Shown one piece after another: positions 25,455 to 40,129 of a DNA stretch of 64,000 nt; the stretch's first letter is position 1, and the number at the start of each line of letters is the position of its first letter. Position numbers and translations under genes: made by a program. Source of the stretch: Haliotis rufescens (lineage: Eukaryota); assembly GCF_023055435.1 (NCBI RefSeq), contig NW_025963779.1, forward strand, positions 43,462,001 to 43,526,000. The letters run 5' to 3'. The notes below the pieces were generated by a model. The model worked only from the letters and a program-made list of their open reading frames with translations, searched no databases and was not told the origin of the DNA.

Positions 25455-25985
25455 ATTGTTTGTAATGTGTTGTACTGTTTGTAATGTGATGTACTGTTTG
25501 TAATGTGATGTACTGTTTGTAATGCGATGTACTGTTTGTTATGCGATGTACTGTTCGTAATGTGATGTACTGTTTGTAATGCGATGTACTGTTTGTAATG
25601 TGATGTACTGTCTGTCATGTGATGTACTGTCTGTCATGTGATGTACTGTTTGTAATGTGATGTACTGTTTGTAATGTGATGTACTGTCTGTCATGTGATG
25701 TACTGTCTGTCATGTGATGTACTGTTTGTAATGTGATGTACTGTCTGTCATGTACTGTTTGTAATGCGATGTACTGTCTGTCATGTGATGTACTGTTTGT
25801 AATGCGATGTACTGTTTGTATTGGATGTACTGTTTGTAATGCGATGTACTGTTTGTAATGCGATGTATTGTTTGTAATGTGACGTACTATTTGTAATGTG
25901 ATGTACTGTTTGTAATGCGATGTCCTGTTTATAATGCGATGAACTGTTTGTAATGCGATGTACTGCCTGTAATCGGATGCACTGT
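25455..25985. repeat. 19-bp minisatellite (gtaatgtgatgtactgttt), ~27 copies
   Basis: Direct periodicity. Confidence 0.95.
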
Positions 25986-28169
25986 CACTTATGCAATGTA
26001 TATTGTCCGATCAACGAAGGAGGTATTTTGCTTCGTGCTCGCGTGGATAGTAGTGAGAACCTCCCATGGCAATTACCGAGCCATTTATTTCTGAAAATGT
26101 AAAGAATTTTGGTATATGTGTAGTTAGTTGTGGGGCTTAACATATATGTTATGTTTTTCGGGATATTTATAATTTTGACTTTGATTTGACCACTAGGCAA
26201 GTGAAGCTACATCTTCATAGCTGTTCCCACGAATGATGACGTACCTGAACCTGAATCTGCCATATTATTAAACTATCTGTAGCCATTCCATAGTCTTTTA
26301 TGTTCAAAATGTGTTTACATGTGGTACACCTAGTGGTTTGTAGTGAGGTTCAACACATATGTTCCGTTTTGGGGAAATATATAATTTTTACCTTGACTTG
26401 AGACATTTTTGTGTATGCTGAGGTTTTTGCGATATTTGTAAGGTTTAACTTCATCTGACACTTGCTTTGGGGTCATACTCTTATGTTTAGGAGATAAACC
26501 TACTGTGATTTGAAATTTGTAGAGTAGATGCCTCTTTATTTTAATTTTGAACCGAGCGCTTCTGTGAAAAGTCGTCACAGGTAGTTATATATGTAACAAT
26601 TATTACTAAAGTTCAAGATTAAAAACACCATTGCCGTGAGTAGTTCAAAATAAGTGTTAAAAACACATAGTTTTCAAAAGAAGTTGACAAATAACACTCC
26701 AAACTTAGTCCAAAGACAGATGTATTCATTTCTACCCACTTGTTGTACACTGTTGTTCATTGTGGACTGACTGTCAATTTTGGGAATTTTGCGAGAACAT
26801 GCCATTATTTCTATTGTAGGGGTGACAGGTTGTTGAAAAATGTTTTTCAATGCTAAACGAATATATTTCTACAATAAACTTTTTAAATTAACACTCTATC
26901 ATACATTTAACATGTGTAAGTGTTTTTAGTTAGTTAGCAATTACCCCTAGTAAACAATCATAACATCAAAATAAATGCCTCTCCACCCCGAACTTGGATG
27001 TGGCAGAACTTGACCTACATCACGGTTACTCACACCTCGTAGCTGTCAATCGCTGACAATCTTGTGTTTACATTCTCCGTTGCGAGTTAAATTTAGCAAG
27101 ATGACAACCCCGATCTATAATGTGGTTCAACATTAACCAGTAGATTTACTGGGAATGATCGAGCCTAGCCTGCTGGTACAATATGATTACCAATGGAACT
27201 GAGTATGACTGAACAGCCGCTTTTTAGCCTGCAGACGAGTCGGACATTTTTACACGAGGTAGGGCCTATCTCAGTATCTGCATGGTGTGACCTGTCAATT
27301 TCGAGATTTCATGGATTCTAAGCCAGAGTGTGAATGGAATGAGACATTCGTGCCCCAGACATAGTGGGTCGTGTATGATTTTTCAATTGTGCGTGTTCTG
27401 AAATGAATTTCATCAAGTTTGACTTCAATGATGCCGAGACATTGTTTTCGTGGATTTTCAAATGGACAAGTGTTTTCTGAGTGATGGATTTTCAAATCCT
27501 CTTCTGCCAAATCATTACGATGGTGGTTGACGGAGATAGCAACGAATATCGATCACAATTTTTTTCGTAAACAATATGTTGTCATGAATAAAGATTTTTA
27601 AGAAAAAAAATTATAATGTAGCTTAAATTGTTCCGATTCTGGTCACCATAGAACATTTCTCTAACAGTTTCATAAACATTTCATCTGTTTGCAAAAGATA
27701 TGTTTTCGTTAAATCTTTCAATGTCATCGTGGAAGAAGTCAGGGTTGCGGCCTCGCCAAGGCCCAAAACATCCGATATCAAATTACCGTATTTCCTCTAT
27801 TTGACGCTATGCGGTCTATTAATTTCGCGAGAGGCCTTGATCCTGTGTGTTCTGTGTATGTGTTCTCTACCTTTAGGATTTAACCTCGTAGAGCCTCCGA
27901 TCACCCTGTCATTAACCATTGGGTTCCACGTCGCACATTTAACATTTCCATTTCTGAAATAAACTTGAAGTAACAAAAACATAATCGAAAGTACGAGAAA
28001 ATAATCGAAGTTTTGAGAAAAATTTCGAAATTTTGAGAAACTAATTGAAAAAAACGAAAAATTGTTGAAGCAACAAGAAAAAATTCGCAATTTCGAGAAT
28101 TTTAAATAAACGATAAATAATGAGTAAATAATGGAATTTACGAGAAAATAATCGAAGTAACGAGAAAGT

Positions 28170-28392
28170 GTGAGTGAGTGAGTTGGGTTTTACGCCGCTT
28201 TTAACAGTATTCCAGTTATATCGCGGCGTGTCAGCTTAATGTGGGAGGAGCCCGAAGTGATGCAGGTCTCAGACGTTTACCACTTGAAACCGGTGAAACC
28301 CACGATCACGGGCATGGTGCTGACAAACCTAGAAACATAATCGGTGCGAACCGGGATTCGAACCCACAATCATAGGTTTCTGGCGTGCCCAA
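28170..28392 (-). mobile_element. SINE family B, 5' truncated
   Basis: Similarity to 7070-7287, plus the (ACTC)n tail. Confidence 0.85.
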
Positions 28393-29236
28393 CGAGAAAG
28401 AACTCGAAATTTCGAGAATTACGATTGAATGTTTTTTCTTCTATAGTAGCATAAAAATACAGAGTTGCGTATGTACTAGTGTCTATGGTAACCGTAGCTG
28501 TAACACATGCTGTCCTGGCACACAGGTGGCGTGACTGACGTAGTTGGCAGGCATTCAAAAAAGCGGCGTTAGATCAATGTATGCTGAAGCGATTATGACA
28601 TGACCTCGCGTGTGTCATGTTCGATTCTGTGTAACTTTAGAGCTTAAGAACGTACAACTGTGAACTTAACTGTATGCGACCCCTAACTTCTAAATCTCAT
28701 AGATACAAACTTCTGCAAAGCAACAACAAGAAGATGGTAGGTAAAGTGCTGAAGCTGATCACTTTGTTTTATCATGCATCCCTATGGTAACTGGTTGTTA
28801 GATAAGCACGTCTGAACACAAACGTCATCCTTGCTGGGTTCCCGAAAGATAGTTCTTAAAGTAAGATGACAGATTCAGGTGCAATTATGACCGACCGACC
28901 CGCTGGGTGATAACAGAACGACATCGTAAGCCCCTTTGCTGTTAGGGTAACTCACTTCACAGGACGCCTTGCTTACAGGCGAGCGGCATTGAGCGGATGT
29001 TGAAATTCGCCTTCCTGTTATTGTACGGAATTTTTTATCGATAACAGGAGCAGATTTGAATACATTGCGTAAGGCAATTAATGTAATGAGTCGATGTTAT
29101 CCAGGTGTATTTCTTTTGGGCCTGCCACCCCACAACCTCTACCGTACCCACAATTCACCAATTCAGCCCCACATAAGTGCATCTTGATTCAGTTTTACAA
29201 GTTGTAACGCCTGTTCGTTTGTGCAGTTGTCCCATA

Positions 29237-30744
29237 CACTGTTCCAAAAAAGAAGCGCACAGGTAGATATTTAGTTGGTTGGTTGGTTAAATACATTGTA
29301 CCTAATAAAGTCGATATATTTAATTCAATATCATAGATACAAATATGACATTTTGGAGCCCGATAGTCACATGTTGTTGTACAAAGGCATTGAAAACTGT
29401 TCATTGTCATGTCTCATAAGGCCACAAAGTTGCACTGAATTCAGTATATTGTGTGACCGCCCCGGGCAGCAATCACGGCTCTGCATCTCCTTGGCACTGA
29501 CTGGATAAGTGTATGAATTTTGTCCTGCGGAATTCTGCGCAATTCTGCTTGTAACGCGTTGGCCAGTTGTGGGAGTGTCTGCGGCGTGTTCTGACGTTGA
29601 CCTACACGTCGATCAAGTGCGTCCCATCGAGCTGCGTACATCGATTGAGATCTGGAGATCTCGACGGCCAGGGCAAGACGTTGACTTTGTCATTATGGAG
29701 GTAGTCTACCGTGACACGAGCTGTGTGTGGTTGAGCGTTGTCCTGTTGAAACAGCTCCCTCTGGTGGTCAATGATTGGAAGAAGGTGTTGACAGGAGAGG
29801 TTGTAGAATTTGATTCATGTAGTGATTTTCTGTCAAATTTCCTGAATCACAACCAAGTCAGATTATCGTGGTGAAGGATATGGCCCCCCACACCATGCCA
29901 CTACTGCCACCGAAATTGTCGAATTCCCGCACACAATGTGGGGTAAAACGCTCATTTCGACGACGACAAACACGTTGTCTTCCATTTCGCCGGTGAAGAA
30001 GAAATCATGATTCATCGCTAAACCACACTCGTTTCCATGGCACTAGTCTCGTTTGGCACAAAACAGGGACGATAACTGGTCTTCTGGGTCGGATTTAAAC
30101 CTCGCGAAGATGGTTCCTGATAGTCTGATTCAATATCCTCCTCAAACCAGGAATACGTCCTGCAGTCTCGATAGCTGTGGCATTGCGATGTCGTAGGTGG
30201 AACAGTCGAATGTAGCGATCCTGTGCAGGGATGGTAACTCTTGGTGGGCCGGTTCTCGGACGGTCTGAAGTGGAATTAAACTGTGTGTATCGGTGAAAAA
30301 AGCGGCAAATGGTGCTGTGGTGGACATTGAAGTGGCGTGCAACAGAAGACTGTGATTCCCCTCTTTGGATACGTCCGATGGCTATGTTCCGATCGGCAGC
30401 GTCGAGTCTCGTCATTTTCGAGCTTGAAAAATGTTGACAATTGAATGACAAATTATTGGCTTATGCTTACCTTTTTATAGCCACTACTACGAGTTACGAT
30501 TGCCATAACTTGCACGTGCATTTTGCTTTACTGTTTTCCTCCATGACATTTTTGAACAAGTGTGAAAACAAAGCCGTTTAAGACGTTGCAAATCGACAAT
30601 GGCTGCGCTTTGACGCATCGTTTGTCGAATATCAGGCCACCAACATTTTCCAATAACATATATCCAATTTTATACCGGAATTTGTGTGCAGTCAGGTTCA
30701 ATCAACTACATATACTACATGTGCGTTTCTTTCTTTGAAGCGTG
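29237..30744 (-). mobile_element. Full-length degenerate Tc1 element (transposase from ATG 30415), TA TSD
   Basis: Imperfect ~25-bp TIRs; MTRLDAADRNIAIG..VARHFNV, FSDES, QQDNA, WDALDRRV and GGHTIY motifs; excision restores host CR1 YCCRIWDNC. Confidence 0.9.
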
Positions 30745-31262
30745 TATGCGGCAACAATATTTAAATATCGGTAATATGAAAGGTTTATACATAATTTCCA
30801 GTGTTTTTTTCTTAAACGATACTCAGAAGTCCTGAGACAGTGTATCATTGGACTGACTTTCTTAACTAGGCTATCAATGTGATCGTTCCACATACAATCT
30901 TCTTGGAGAGTAAATCCGAGATGTTTATGAGAATGAACTTCATGAACTGTAGTGTTATTCATTTTTAAACCTGGTCTTACATTAGGAAGAATATTCCGTG
31001 ACAATTGAATAGATACTGTTTTATTAGGGTTGAAATCGACCTGCCAGTTTTCTGCCCAATGTGATATTCTACTCAGATCGTTATTTAGACAATATGTTAC
31101 TTCGTGTGGATAATTTACCATGACATATAGGGATGTGTCACTGAAAAACAATCTTATATTACTATCAATGTCGTCTAAAATGTCGTTTATAAAGATTAAA
31201 ACAGTAGCGGTCCTAAAACTGACCCCTGTGGAACACTGGTCGTAAGTCTGAACTGTACTCAT

Positions 31263-34200
31263 TGAAAACACGGTGCTTGGATGCACGGGCGAGGGCTGGG
31301 CGGTTCGTGATGGATATAGGACGCCAAGGCTGTTTTAGACACAAAAGACTGTATTTATGTTGGTCAAGCACATGGTCAACACTCCTGGCTGGAGGCTGCC
31401 ATTTTGTACATATGGAAAGTGGAAAATGGTAAAGGAAACGAAATCAAATATAACAAAAGTGGAATTAAACAATGAAACGAAATAATAGTCATTTGGGCTC
31501 AAAAGGTTTTCTGACACGGCCGCCCCCAAATTTAGGCACTAAATTTGTCAACATCTGAAGAAAGACTTTCCACACTGGAACTAGAGTCAATTATCGTCAT
31601 CCGCACATTCAGGTAGTGGGATGAGTCTTGTGATTGGTCTGGTGTACTCCTTGTCTTTCACACTGACAGTGGCAGTGCGAACACATCCATCTGTTCCGGG
31701 GTAGGTTTTAGTGACTACCAACAGGCCACTGAGCTCTTAAGAGCTGTGGATCAATTATCATGACAACATCATTCATCTTCAAGTTTTGTCTTTCTTTCTG
31801 CCATTTTGTGTGCAGCTGCATATCAGGAAGATAATATTTGACAAAGTTTACCAAAAAGTGGTTGGCCAGAACTTGACTGTGGCGCCATATGCGTCTGCTT
31901 AATAGTTCATCAGCTGGATAGACAACTTGTGGAAGAGAAGCATCATGGTGGCCAATCAGCAGGATGTTTGGTGTAACTGCGTCCACATCTCTGACATCTG
32001 ATGAAACGTAGGCTAACGGCTTAGAATTCAGAATCCCTGCCACCTCCGCTAGAATGGTACGTAACACAGGTTCTGTCACTGTCTGATCTCCTAGTGCCAC
32101 TCGGAGGCCATATTTCACCGATTTAATCTCTCTTTCCCAAACACTCCAAAGTGTGGTGCATGAGGAGGATTGAACACAAATCTGACCTTATGGCGAGCCA
32201 GTTGTTCAACAAGGTCTGGTTCCATACTTGCAAGTGCCTCCTGCAACTCTGTTTTAGCCCCTCGGAAATTGGAAACTTGGTCTGAGATGGGCATTGTTCG
32301 ATCCAATGAGAATAGTTGGCCGAGCTCCATCAAAGTTAGGTATTGGTAACTTTTGCAAATGCGGCCAACGCCTTTGCAGGGATTCAACTGGATATGTGTA
32401 CTCGGACATACACAAGTTATCTGCAGTGAAGGCACCCTTAATCTTGTACCTGATGTTTGGTTTGCTGATAGGAGATATTTGCAGGTCAACTGAGTGTCCA
32501 TTACACCTGAATGGCTCCTTGTTGATTGTGGTAAGCAATATACCGTCTGGCTTTGTCTGAAGTTTTAGCTCATGATTGTAACACCATAGTTCTCATGGAA
32601 CAGTCATCCAAGATTGCATGAGTCTCCATCATACCACTTTCACCATAGAGCAACACTTTGACCACCTTTAGCATGACATAAGGAGGATATGAGGGTTGAT
32701 CAGTGTACACTTTGTCTGTACTGACTTTCACAGAATACACTTTGGAGGCTGTCTGCTGTATAGCCTCATGCAAGACAGTCAAGTGCACTTCCTTACATAT
32801 GTGACATGGTTTCTTGAGGGTGCACATCTCTGGCTGATGTGTGCGCCCAAATTTCCAACATCGCTTGCCGTCATGTATCCAGTCATGTTCCTGGTTCACT
32901 GTTAGTTTCTTCAATCCTGGACATATATTCAGGAGGTGTTCATTGCTGTTACAGTATGGACAGAAAGGCTTGGTCACGTGACTCCTAGCAGAAGATCCAG
33001 GTTTCTGTTCAAATGGTTTGGATTCCCTTGCATAGACTAAAGCCGTAGGTGCAGACCCCTTCTGACTTGTCCGTGACAGATACCTCCTGTCAGGTTTAGT
33101 ACTCTCCATTTTGTATAGCGCAGTGGCCTGGTTAGCTATACGCTTTGCACGTGATTTTGTCTGCAGCCAGTCTGACAAATGACACAATGTGTAGGTCTGG
33201 TCACTGTCAGCCTTGAGGATATCACGGTTGATACAATGTTCTACAAAACTATCTCGATAACCTGGGGGTAGCTTGCTGATCAGGCGGTCAACAATGTGAC
33301 CCACATCTCAGTTCATAACCGGTCTCTCCCTCAAGTGACTTGATCATACCGACAAGGGAATGGACTGATAGAGCAAAACTGTCAAACTCATCAAAGTCAC
33401 CATATTTTAGTGCTGGCATATTCATGAGTATACCAATCTCACTTTGTACAAGTTGTCGTGGCTGACCATACTTGCCCTTTAGTGCTTGCAAGGCTGCTGT
33501 GAAAGGTTTGGGATGATGCATAAATGCCTCAGCTAGGCGCTTCGCACTGCCTCCAAGTTTGTCAAGTGAAACTTGGTATTTGTATTGTTCCGTAAGGTGT
33601 GGATGAATATTCACCAGGTTATCCAGTGACATCTTAAGCAAGGCAAAGTCCTTTTCTCTTCCACCGGTGAAATTGGGTAATGTTGGTTCTTGGTATCCCA
33701 TAAGATGAAGAAATCAACAGTTCGGTGAGGTTAGGTGTGCCAACCTGAGGTGTCATACCAGTAATCGATGGCGGTTGTGTTCGTTGTTTGTTTGGAGGCA
33801 ATGTTGGAATATCTGGTTGGAGCGCTTGATGCTGTTGGGGCTGTGACTGTTGATACGGCATATTCGGTAACGGAAATGCTTGCGAATCCAAGAACAATGG
33901 CTGAGGCACTACCATTGCTGGTGTTAAACTTACCTGGGGGTTGCTCCTTGGATATGAACTAATACCAGTACCATAACCCATCAAGGTTGCTGTGTTAGTA
34001 CACCAGTGGCTGTTGAGAGTACTTGACATGTCGTTTGTTGTGATTTGTTGGGCACTGGTTAACATCTGACCTTGAAAGTGGTCATTAGGTCTGTATACTG
34101 GCATACAAGTTGTCAGGTTACCAGGATTAGGGTTAATCACTTGATGAAGTACACCAGGATGTACTCTGTCAGATGGATCTGTGCCCCGCTGTATCTGGTT

Positions 34201-35435
34201 CCCAAGGGTTTGACTGTCACCAGCGGGTAGAATTTGGGAGGTGTCAGGAATTGTAAGCTGCTCTGTATTATTAGTGTTACTTACATTGCCAGGCTGAATG
34301 GCATTAGGGTCAGCAGTAGGTGGGACCTGTCCAGTTACTGACTGTATTTGAATGTTACCATCAAAACTTGTTTGTTCCGTTAGTTCCTCTGGAGGTTGTA
34401 CATTCTCTGCATTGCTGTTGGGGTCTTCATTTACCATGGTAGCAATTAGGGTTGCTTCAGCAAAGTTCTGTTGAGCTTGTCTCAGTTGTCTGTCTTGACA
34501 GTTGAGTATTTAGTACCTCGCTGCCGCGAATAGCGACACTATTTCTTCTGTCTGTTTTTTAGCGGCATTCACCTCATCCTCAGCAGCTAAGCGTGCAGCA
34601 TAGGCCTGGTCATCTAATGCCTGCAATTGCTCATCAACTCTGAAATCCTCCTGCATCCTAAGCAAGAGTTCGTCAAGCTGAGCTCTTGTTCTTTGCTGTC
34701 TTACCACTGCAGACTGAGATTCACTTAGTCCAGATATCACAGAAATTTTTTAGGACTTATTTCTTGAACCAAGTGACCTTTCACTGTGAACAAGACTATG
34801 TGATCTGGAAGATCTTACAGTATTAGTATCTGGTTGTAACGCCATGTCTTCAGATAATTTACCTCAAATTAAAGTATTTGAATCTGTAACTTGTCGATAT
34901 GTTGATGATGACGTAACAAAGATTGGCTGCCGGGCTTAGAACTTAAAACAACACAGGTTCAACTTTGAATGACAGTTGCAGGAGTACAGTTCTAGAATCA
35001 GTTAATGTAACAGTTGCATATGGCGAACTTGACTTGGTAACATGATATTCGGCACGAGATATATACTGTCTCTTGATTGATAGTGGGGTTTACCATTCAC
35101 TGGGTAATACGTACGTACAATACACTGTTTATATTTGGAATTTGGCGTCACCTGGTTATTGTATCCGCCTCGCGGGACCATGAAAACACGGTGCTTGGAT
35201 GCACGGGCGAGGGCTGGGCGGTTCGTGATGGATATAGGACGCCAAGGCTGTTTTAGACACAAAAGACTGTATTTATGTTGGTCAAGCACATGGTCAACAC
35301 TCTTGGCTGGAGGCTGCCATTTTGGTACATATGGAAAGTGGAAAATGGTAAAGGAAACGAAATAAAATATAACAAAAGTGGAATTAACCAACGAAATGAA
35401 ATAATAGACATTTGGGCTCCAAAGGCTTTCTGACA
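31263..35435 (-). mobile_element. BEL/Pao LTR retrotransposon, internally deleted; LTRs 31263-31516 and 35181-35435; TSD CTCAT
   Basis: TG..CA LTR pair, 5-bp TSD, PBS TGGTCCCGCGAGGCGGAT, PPT, gag with CCHC knuckles, protease AILDDCS, integrase C-half (SDQ.SNFRGA, PPHAPHFG, LNSKPL). Confidence 0.92.
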
Positions 35436-37763
35436 CTCATTGATGCCAACCCAAATTTTCGGTAGCTTTCAAACCATCTTATTAATTTCCCTTTCATACC
35501 GTAGGATTTGAGTTCATGGATAAGGCCTCTATGCCAAACTTTATCAAAGGCCTTACTAATGTCGCAAAAGACTGCTCTGATTTCTTTGCCTTTATCCAAT
35601 TCTCTATTAATAAAATCATATATGTAAGTCAGCTGGTTAATATTACCTTTCTTATAAATTGGCACTACGGAAGCTTCTTTCCAACTTACCGGAAAAGTAG
35701 ACTTGCCAAGGGATACATTAAACAATTCTGCCAGTGGATCTGATATCGCTGAAGCACCTAATTTCAATAATCTATTGCCGATACCGTCGGGCCTGTTGCA
35801 ACAGACAGGAGGAAATCTTGAACTTCTTTTGTTGTTAGAATGATAGTAGAGAGCGATTCTTCTATTTTAAGCTTAATATAAGAGAGAATTTTATCAGGAT
35901 ATTAAACAGATCCCTGGTCAGAGAAATAATTGTTCATTACATTTGCAATATCGTTTTATCATCATATAGTATATTCTGGTAATTAATGGGAGAAACTTTT
36001 GTATTACTGGTGCCCCTTAAATAGTTTTTAACTAGCCGCCTCCAGACTTTTTCACCGTACGCATGATCAAATTTTACTATCATTTTTAGCACATATTTTT
36101 TTCTTTTTTTCATTTAATTAAATTTAGTCCACTCAGAATCTAAGTTACGTATCTCACTAGTGATCTATAGTTGATCATTAGGTCTAATTGTTACAAAATT
36201 GTTTGGAAATACAAATACGTCAATAATTGCCGGGGTAAAACATTCTGCCACACATCAACATTTCTGGATGACAACAAGTGATCCCACTTTGTCTCGGTTA
36301 AGCTATCACTAATTTCTTCAGTATCAGTAATTGTAGATTTTAAAATATCCATTGCTAGGTATATTTTACTTAGTTTTAACGAATATAGGACAATGATCAC
36401 TGCATATAGGAACGGATACATTCGAACTCCACACACTGTCTACATTAATTACAAACAATAAATCAATCAAAGTTCTGGAGGTAGGTGTAATCCTGGTGGG
36501 CTCAGTTATAATTTGGGTCAACCCATATATTGCTTGTAAGTGATCTAATTTGTAATTCAGTTTCTCTAAAAATATCTAGATTAAAGTCCCCAGCTATAAT
36601 AGTTGGTATATTCAAATCTATTGCATTACATATTGACTGATCTATCAACTCCCAGTAAGCCTTGCTTTTATCTGCCCCATAGAAAGTCCCTACCACGTAT
36701 TTACTGGCCTTGCATCTTACCTGTGCCCATAATGCTTCGAGTCCATTTATGCACAGATGATCCATTTTTTAACATATAAACTGTTTTTTACATAAATTGC
36801 TACACCCCCGTCGATCTTTTCTAACTGACAAATGAAAGCCTTGATTTGAAATATCAACAGTAGGTATGCTGTCATGCAGCCAAGTTTCGGTTAAGCAGAT
36901 CATACCGTATGAATGAAACTCAGGGCAGAGTAGATTTATATTGCCCTTTGAACTCCTTACATTGAAATCAACAATCTTTAAATTACCATATTGTACTGGC
37001 CCAGGGTTTGGGTAAACATCCCCGCAACATAAGATAAGTATCAATACAATACTCGACGGTATTAGCTTATAGATACAACAGGAAGAGTGAGAATCAGCAA
37101 GTACTTTTTTCAGTTTGAAAGATTCTTTGCTATAACGATTAGAAGCAAATAACCCCACCGCCTGTCTGTAATGCGCTATCTCAACATTTTTCTTTACAGA
37201 ATATATTTTTTTAACAAAGGCCGACGGGGAGGATACGCGCGAAGTATAGATTTGCAATGCTGAAGTGCACTTGATATAACCAAAAACTGACAACAGAAAA
37301 CTGATTGAAACTACACTCACAGACAAAACATGACAAACACAAAATGAACTTTCAAAACATAAACACAATCTACATACACCAACCGAAATTGTCATTTGAA
37401 AAATCACATAACTGAAAAAAAATGAAATAAATAAAATAGCAGATTAATTGGGTACGTTAAGACGACTAGCTTGACAATAATCACAGTATCTTAGAGCTTT
37501 GATAATGTTGTGATATCGTCCAACTTCTATTTTTAACTTGTGACTCGATATTCTAATCATTGTTACATATTTCCGTAGACCCCGTGGTAAAATATTGAGA
37601 TATAGTTCATAACCAAAAGTTACTTTTAGATACTGTACAACATCAACTTTCTTCTATTATTGAGATCTGAGTTCCATTTTTGTTTATGATTATCAATAAG
37701 TCTTTGTTTAAACAAAGAGACAAATATCATAGGATTTACAGACAAAGGATTTAACCACACATA

Positions 37764-37939
37764 CAGTAAACTACGGTTATAGCGAACACGCTTATAACGA
37801 ACTGACGGATATAACGAACTTACTTTTTTGGTCCCGACAATTTGCTGTAGTTATGCTTTATATATGCTTATAACGAACTACGGTTATAACGAATTAAAAT
37901 TAGTAGTCCCTTTGAGTTCGTTATAACCGTAGTTTACTG
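37764..37939. mobile_element. pogo/Tigger-type MITE, TA TSD
   Basis: TA|CAGTAAACTACGGTTATA...TATAACCGTAGTTTACTG|TA, with ATAACGAA subrepeats. Confidence 0.9.
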
Positions 37940-39059
37940 TATGTAAAACCATTTGTACACAACATATTTTTTACATACCATGCCCAAGTTTTCACACCTT
38001 TATCACAATGCTGCAAACAAATATTATATGCAACATGTAATATACAATTGCAAGTATTATTTAATTTAACCAGTACTTCAAATTCTACAAAATCTATTGG
38101 CGTAAATAGGATACCGACCTAATTCTCCATATACTGCAATATTACATGCCTTTCAACGTACATTTGATCCGATCAATATCAGGTGCGTTTACCGTACCCC
38201 ATACCTCACATACATTGCACATTGTAGAACTAACGAAAGAATCAAATAATTGGAGTAGTGTTTCTAATATTTGATAACAATACATTCATAGCTTTTAAAC
38301 CTTTCCCAGCTAATGTTTTGTAACATTTGCACGTGCATGAACTGACGAGGGTACAGCGCGTGGATATCTGCTTATTGACATGTATTACAAACAATGGATA
38401 TGGATATCCTAACACACCATGGCTTTTGGCAAGGGGACTGTTACAGATGTAAGTACACTGTAGTACCCGTCATTCAGGTGATAATACTCATTGTCTATGT
38501 GGTAAATCTAAAATACTATGTTAAATTACATACCATCATTGTATTTACCTGCACATTTTTTTCTATCGATCTTTAGGAAACCATATTCAAGTAGCCACAG
38601 CGTATTAGGAATAATTATTCCTGTTTGGAATTGTAACTAAAAAACAAAATCGAAGACTGTGCAAATTATTCTACTTGGGCCTGGTCCATTTCTAGGAAGA
38701 TCATACACAAATAGTGCCTGGTTAACTAAGGGAAAAGATATCTCAGTTTGCATACACCTTCAGCAAACCAAACAAAATACCTAAAGTATGTTATACATCT
38801 AATAAAGTGAGTTCAAGATTTAAATTCACATTAAATGGATAAAACAAACAATATACAGATGCTGAGGACTCAAGACTGAACAGTTTTAAAGCCTTAATCC
38901 CTGGGTGTACTCGCATCACTTATGAAAGTAACATCATGAAGGATTAAATGACACCAATCAAACCACATACATTGATGTTGAGCAGTGATGATTCAACAGT
39001 TCCAAGGATTTTTCACTTGGTGAATTTACATAATATATTAAGTCCCACAGAATTGGTAA

Positions 39060-39750
39060 TGTTCATGACAATATGAAGTCATAAACTTTGCCACTAAGAT
39101 GGACAGTGGAGTTCCAGAGGGGTAAAGAAAGATTAGAAGATGATCAAAAATCAGGAAGACCTTCGACTGACACAACTAAGGAAATACATGATATGATTAT
39201 GGATGATCGACGACACACCACACATTACATTACCAATAGAGTATGTAAATCTCATAAGAGAGTTGAGAACATTCTGGGGAATGAACTAGGTATGGGAAAG
39301 GTTTCAGCACACTGCATTACAAGGCCTATGGCTCTTTATCAGAAACGCTCCAGGTTCACCGCCTCTCGTGCGACTTGACGTCGTTTTTTAAGTATACCCA
39401 GCTGACAATACACCTGTGCTTTGTACAAATCTGTTGTCGCCATGGCTGCAATGGATGATTACGGCTTTGAACTCATAAGCCATCCTCCGTCGTCACCAGA
39501 TTCAGCACCGTCGGATTTCCACCTCTTCCTAAACTTAAAGAAAGAACTGTCTGGCAATCTCCATGCAAATGATGATGACAGATATTTTTGCTATGGAGGA
39601 CTTTTTACACTACAAGGGGAAAGTCTTCTACACTAGTGGGATCCAGACAACTCCAGCATCGTTGCCAGAAATGTGTGGACTTCGGAGGAGATCAACTCCA
39701 TCAACGCAGTCCATCATTGTTTGGATGAGAACATTTCAGCCACCCCTTGA
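39060..39750 (+). mobile_element. mariner transposase remnant (internally deleted)
   Basis: W..EFQRG..LEDD.KSGRPST and HPPSSPDSAPSDFHLF motifs. Confidence 0.85.
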
Positions 39751-40129
39751 TAGATTGGACTATGGGGTAATGAGCTCAACGGCCATGGAACGCTATAGAT
39801 GCAATTTCTTCAGCAGCCATAATTCCTAATGATTGCCATTACATAAAGTCAGTTATATTCAAAGAAGAATGCGTACTGAAGTACGCAATTTAATCCTTTT
39901 ATTGCACTGGTTATGAACCAGTGATCATTGCCTATCTGGACTTGTGTTTGTTTTGTATTATTAATTTTATTCAAACTTTCATTAAGTATTGGTTATATAA
40001 ATTTCGGTAAAACCTTGTTTGAACTGATCGGCAACTCGCACCAACTCACCTTTATTTACAAAAAACACGGTCAGATTACTGCTATTGGGGCCTCAAAATG
40101 AACCCTAGTTGACAATGAATGTTTAAAAC

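Larger units (their letters stand above)
29170..37420 (-). mobile_element. Degenerate CR1-clade LINE ORF2 (endonuclease + RT), split by Tc1 and BEL/Pao elements
   Basis: GDVYPNPGP, CLTETWL, AGDFN, WKEASVVPIYKKG, FCDISKAFDKVWH, VPQGSVLGP, FNPNKT and HKHLG motifs. Confidence 0.9.

Noticed and set aside
28860-29000. GC-rich possible retroelement 5' ribozyme
   Set aside because: No HDV, hammerhead or twister core could be identified by eye.
33634-34437. 267-aa Q/P/T-rich ORF as a host gene
   Set aside because: Lies between the BEL/Pao LTRs and frameshifts into gag; it is the gag N-terminal region.
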